64,000 bases of DNA, taken from assembly GCA_964470155.1 (NCBI GenBank), contig CAYYAY010000003.1, positions 107,677-171,676 on the forward strand. The letters are read 5' to 3'. Source of the DNA: an uncultured Lamprocystis sp. GTDB lineage: Bacteria; Pseudomonadota; Gammaproteobacteria; Chromatiales; Chromatiaceae. Both the position numbers and the translations under genes were made by a program. Every line of letters starts with the position of its first letter. Positions within the stretch are counted from its first letter, which is position 1. The notes under the pieces were generated by a model. It saw only the letters and a program-made list of their open reading frames with translations. It made no database searches and had not been told where the DNA came from. Below are positions 61,603 to 64,000 of this stretch, one piece after another.

Positions 61603-61786
61603 GAAGTTGCTCCGAGTTCCCAGGGCGGGACCGATCTGATGTCGGGCGATGTCCATCAAATCCTTGAAAAGAGTCAAGGATAGCTGTATTTTTATCCAGA
61701 TCAAGGCATTTTGCAAGCGCGAAACCAAGCGGGGATCGTGCGCGGGACTTGGCACGCGGTGACAGACGCCTTATCTTCCAGTCACG

Positions 61787-62467
61787 ATGAACGATACCAA
61801 ACGCCGCCGGATCTTCGAGCGCCTGCGCGCCGCCAACCCGGCACCGACCACCGAGCTGGCGTATCAAAGCCCCTTCGAACTGCTGATCGCCGTCATCCTC
61901 TCCGCCCAAGCGACCGACAAGGCGGTCAACCAGGCCACCGCCCGGCTCTTCCCGGTGGCCAACACACCCCAGGCAATCCTGAACTTGGGCGAGGAGGGGC
62001 TGAAATCCCATATCCGCACCATCGGCCTCTTCAACAGCAAGGCACGCAACATCATCAAGACCTGCGAGCAGTTGTTGGCTGCCCACGGCGGCGCTGTGCC
62101 CCGCACCCGCGACTTGCTGGAAGCACTGCCCGGCGTGGGCCGCAAGACCGCCAACGTGGTGCTCAATACCGCCTTCGGTGAGCCGACGATGGCGGTCGAC
62201 ACCCACATCTTTCGCGTTGGTAACCGCACCCGGATCGCCCCTGGCGCCACGCCGCTGGCGGTGGAACACAAGCTCCTGCGCCACACTCCCCGCGAGTTCC
62301 TCCGGAACGCCCACCACTGGCTGATTCTGCACGGTCGTTACTGCTGCGTGGCACGCACCCCCAAGTGTCCCACCTGCCCCATCGCCGACCTGTGCGAGTT
62401 TCCGGACAAAACCCCGGCGCCGCAAGGAGAAAACGGCTCGCACATGAACGCAAGTGAATCTGCATAA
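61787..62467 (+). CDS. nth: Endonuclease III
   Basis: LLIAVILSAQATD, LPGVGRKTANVV, VDTHIFRV, C-x6-C-x2-C-x5-C cluster. Confidence 0.97.
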   Translation: MNDTKRRRIFERLRAANPAPTTELAYQSPFELLIAVILSAQATDKAVNQATARLFPVANTPQAILNLGEEGLKSHIRTIGLFNSKARNIIKTCEQLLAAHGGAVPRTRDLLEALPGVGRKTANVVLNTAFGEPTMAVDTHIFRVGNRTRIAPGATPLAVEHKLLRHTPREFLRNAHHWLILHGRYCCVARTPKCPTCPIADLCEFPDKTPAPQGENGSHMNASESA

Positions 62468-62479
62468 ACGAGGCCCATC

Positions 62480-62914
62480 GTGTTTTCATCAGACCGCCAG
62501 ACCCATCGTCGCGCTTTCGTCGATGCCTGGGCCAAAGCCCGATCGGGTCAGCCCCTCGATCCGGTGGAGGCGCAGATCGTCCAGATCGTTCGCATGCACC
62601 CGCAGTACCAGCACGCGCTCACCGACCCGGACAAGGTTCTCGAACGGGACTTCGTGCCCGAACTGGGTGATGAGAACCCATTCCTGCACATGGGCCTGCA
62701 TATCGTTATCTTGGAGCAATTGAGCACCGATCGGCCGGTGGGCATCCGCCGCCAGCATCAGCTGCTGACCGCCGTCACCGGGGATCCACATACCGCCGAG
62801 CACCGCCTGATGGACTGTCTGGCCGCTGGACTCTGGCGCGTCCAGCACGACCGCAAACCATTTGACGAAAAGGATTATTTTGAATGCATCCAGCACTCGG
62901 CCAGCCGTCGGTGA
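62480..62914 (+). CDS. DUF1841 family protein
   Basis: RRAFVDAWAK, MHPQY, NPFLHMGLHI...EQLSTDRP.GIR; conserved position after nth. Confidence 0.88.
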   Translation: MFSSDRQTHRRAFVDAWAKARSGQPLDPVEAQIVQIVRMHPQYQHALTDPDKVLERDFVPELGDENPFLHMGLHIVILEQLSTDRPVGIRRQHQLLTAVTGDPHTAEHRLMDCLAAGLWRVQHDRKPFDEKDYFECIQHSASRR

Positions 62915-62918
62915 GCAC

Positions 62919-64000
62919 ATGACCGAGGCCACCCGGGCGGACATTCCCCACCGGGAATACGCTGGGGCCGAACTGGCCCTGGCGATCAAGGCCTGGGGTC
63001 TGGAACTCGGTTTCCAGCAGATCGGGATTGCCGACACGGACCTGAGCCTCGCCGAGCGGCGCCTGCACGACTGGCTCGCGGCCGGTCGGCATGGCACCAT
63101 GGACTATATGGATCGCCACGGCACCCGGCGCTCGCGCCCGGCGGAACTGGTGCCTGGAACCCGCAGCGTAATCGCGGCGCGCATGGACTACCTGCCGGAA
63201 CCCCGCCCGGACCTCGAGCGGGCCCTGACTGATCCGGCACGCGCCTTCATCGCCCGTTATGCCCTGGGACGTGACTACCACAAACTGCTGCGCCGGCGCT
63301 TGCAGCGGCTGGCCGGGCGCATCAGCGCGCAAATCGGCCCGTTCGGCTACCGGGTCTTCACGGATTCGGCCCCGGTCATGGAGAAACCGCTGGCGGAACG
63401 CGCCGGCCTCGGCTGGATCGGCAAACACACCAATCTGATCAACCGGCGCGCCGGGTCCTGGTTCTTCCTGGGTGAGATCTATACGGACCTCGAGCTGCCT
63501 CACGACCACCCGACCCGCGCACATTGCGGCCGCTGCACGGCCTGCCTGGAGGTGTGCCCGACCCATGCCATCGTCGCGCCTTTTGAACTCGACGCCCGCC
63601 GCTGTATCGCCTATCTCACGATCGAACATCACGGCAGCATTCCCGCAGGCTTGCGCCCGCTGCTCGGCAACCGCATCTTCGGATGCGACGATTGTCAGCT
63701 CGTGTGTCCCTGGAACCGCTTCGCACAACTGACCTCGCAGCCCGATCTACTGCCGCGCAACGGACTCGATCAGGCAACACTGGTGCAGCTTTTCAGTTGG
63801 GACGAGGCCACCTTCATGGCCAGGACGCAGGGCTCGGCGATCCGCCGTCTCGGCCACGAACGCTGGCTGCGCAACCTCGCCGTCGCGCTCGGCAACGCGC
63901 CCGGATCGCCCGCGGTGCGCGCCGCGCTGGCGGCGCGCCTGGACCATCCCAGTGCATTGGTTCGCGACCATGTCCGCTGGTCCTTGATGCGCCCTCGCGA
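62919..64000 (+). CDS. queG: Epoxyqueuosine reductase (runs off the window end; absent from the ORF track)
   Basis: Manual reading: WGLELGFQQIG, ARYALGRDYH, FTDSAPVMEKPLA, GWIGKHTNLI, HCGRCTACLEVCPT, DARRCIAYLTIE, GCDDCQLVCPWN. Confidence 0.95.
   Translation, partial: MTEATRADIPHREYAGAELALAIKAWGLELGFQQIGIADTDLSLAERRLHDWLAAGRHGTMDYMDRHGTRRSRPAELVPGTRSVIAARMDYLPEPRPDLERALTDPARAFIARYALGRDYHKLLRRRLQRLAGRISAQIGPFGYRVFTDSAPVMEKPLAERAGLGWIGKHTNLINRRAGSWFFLGEIYTDLELPHDHPTRAHCGRCTACLEVCPTHAIVAPFELDARRCIAYLTIEHHGSIPAGLRPLLGNRIFGCDDCQLVCPWNRFAQLTSQPDLLPRNGLDQATLVQLFSWDEATFMARTQGSAIRRLGHERWLRNLAVALGNAPGSPAVRAALAARLDHPSALVRDHVRWSLMRPR

Overview
High-GC chromosomal segment, most likely from a purple sulfur bacterium (Chromatiaceae, Thiodictyon/Thiocapsa-like). 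This is inferred from the form IA RuBisCO cbbLSQO cluster and the gammaproteobacterial core genes. Core blocks: ribBA-ribH-nusB-thiL-pgpA; tRNA-Val-thrS-infC-rpmI-rplT-pheST-ihfA-merR-tRNA-Pro; class I fumarase; Crp/Fnr-nifX-like-cydABX; cbbLSQO; srkA; lexA-imuA; nth-DUF1841-queG. Defence and accessory material: (i) 1-17.5 kb holds the 3' end of a BREX locus (UPF0175/DUF3368 toxin-antitoxin pair, pglZ, brxL), a MoxR-type AAA + HExxH-vWA pair split by a hybA remnant, a membrane-anchored trypsin-like protein with all three catalytic residues substituted, a large exported SH3b protein, and an ABC-ATPase + TOPRIM pair co-oriented with a methyltransferase and a probably truncated PD-(D/E)xK nuclease; (ii) 55-62 kb holds two more MTase-nuclease pairs around rlmN-like/imuA/lexA, including an M.PvuII-like enzyme coupled to an HNH protein instead of a PvuII-type nuclease. 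A second cbbO lies without a cbbQ or RuBisCO neighbour at 17.7-20 kb. Intergenic DNA carries six copies of a ~100-bp MITE with 2-bp target duplications (one nested in a REP, two bracketing one gene) plus several REP/REPIN families. No CRISPR array, rRNA, integrase or transposase was seen. All family assignments come from motif recognition by eye; no searches were run.
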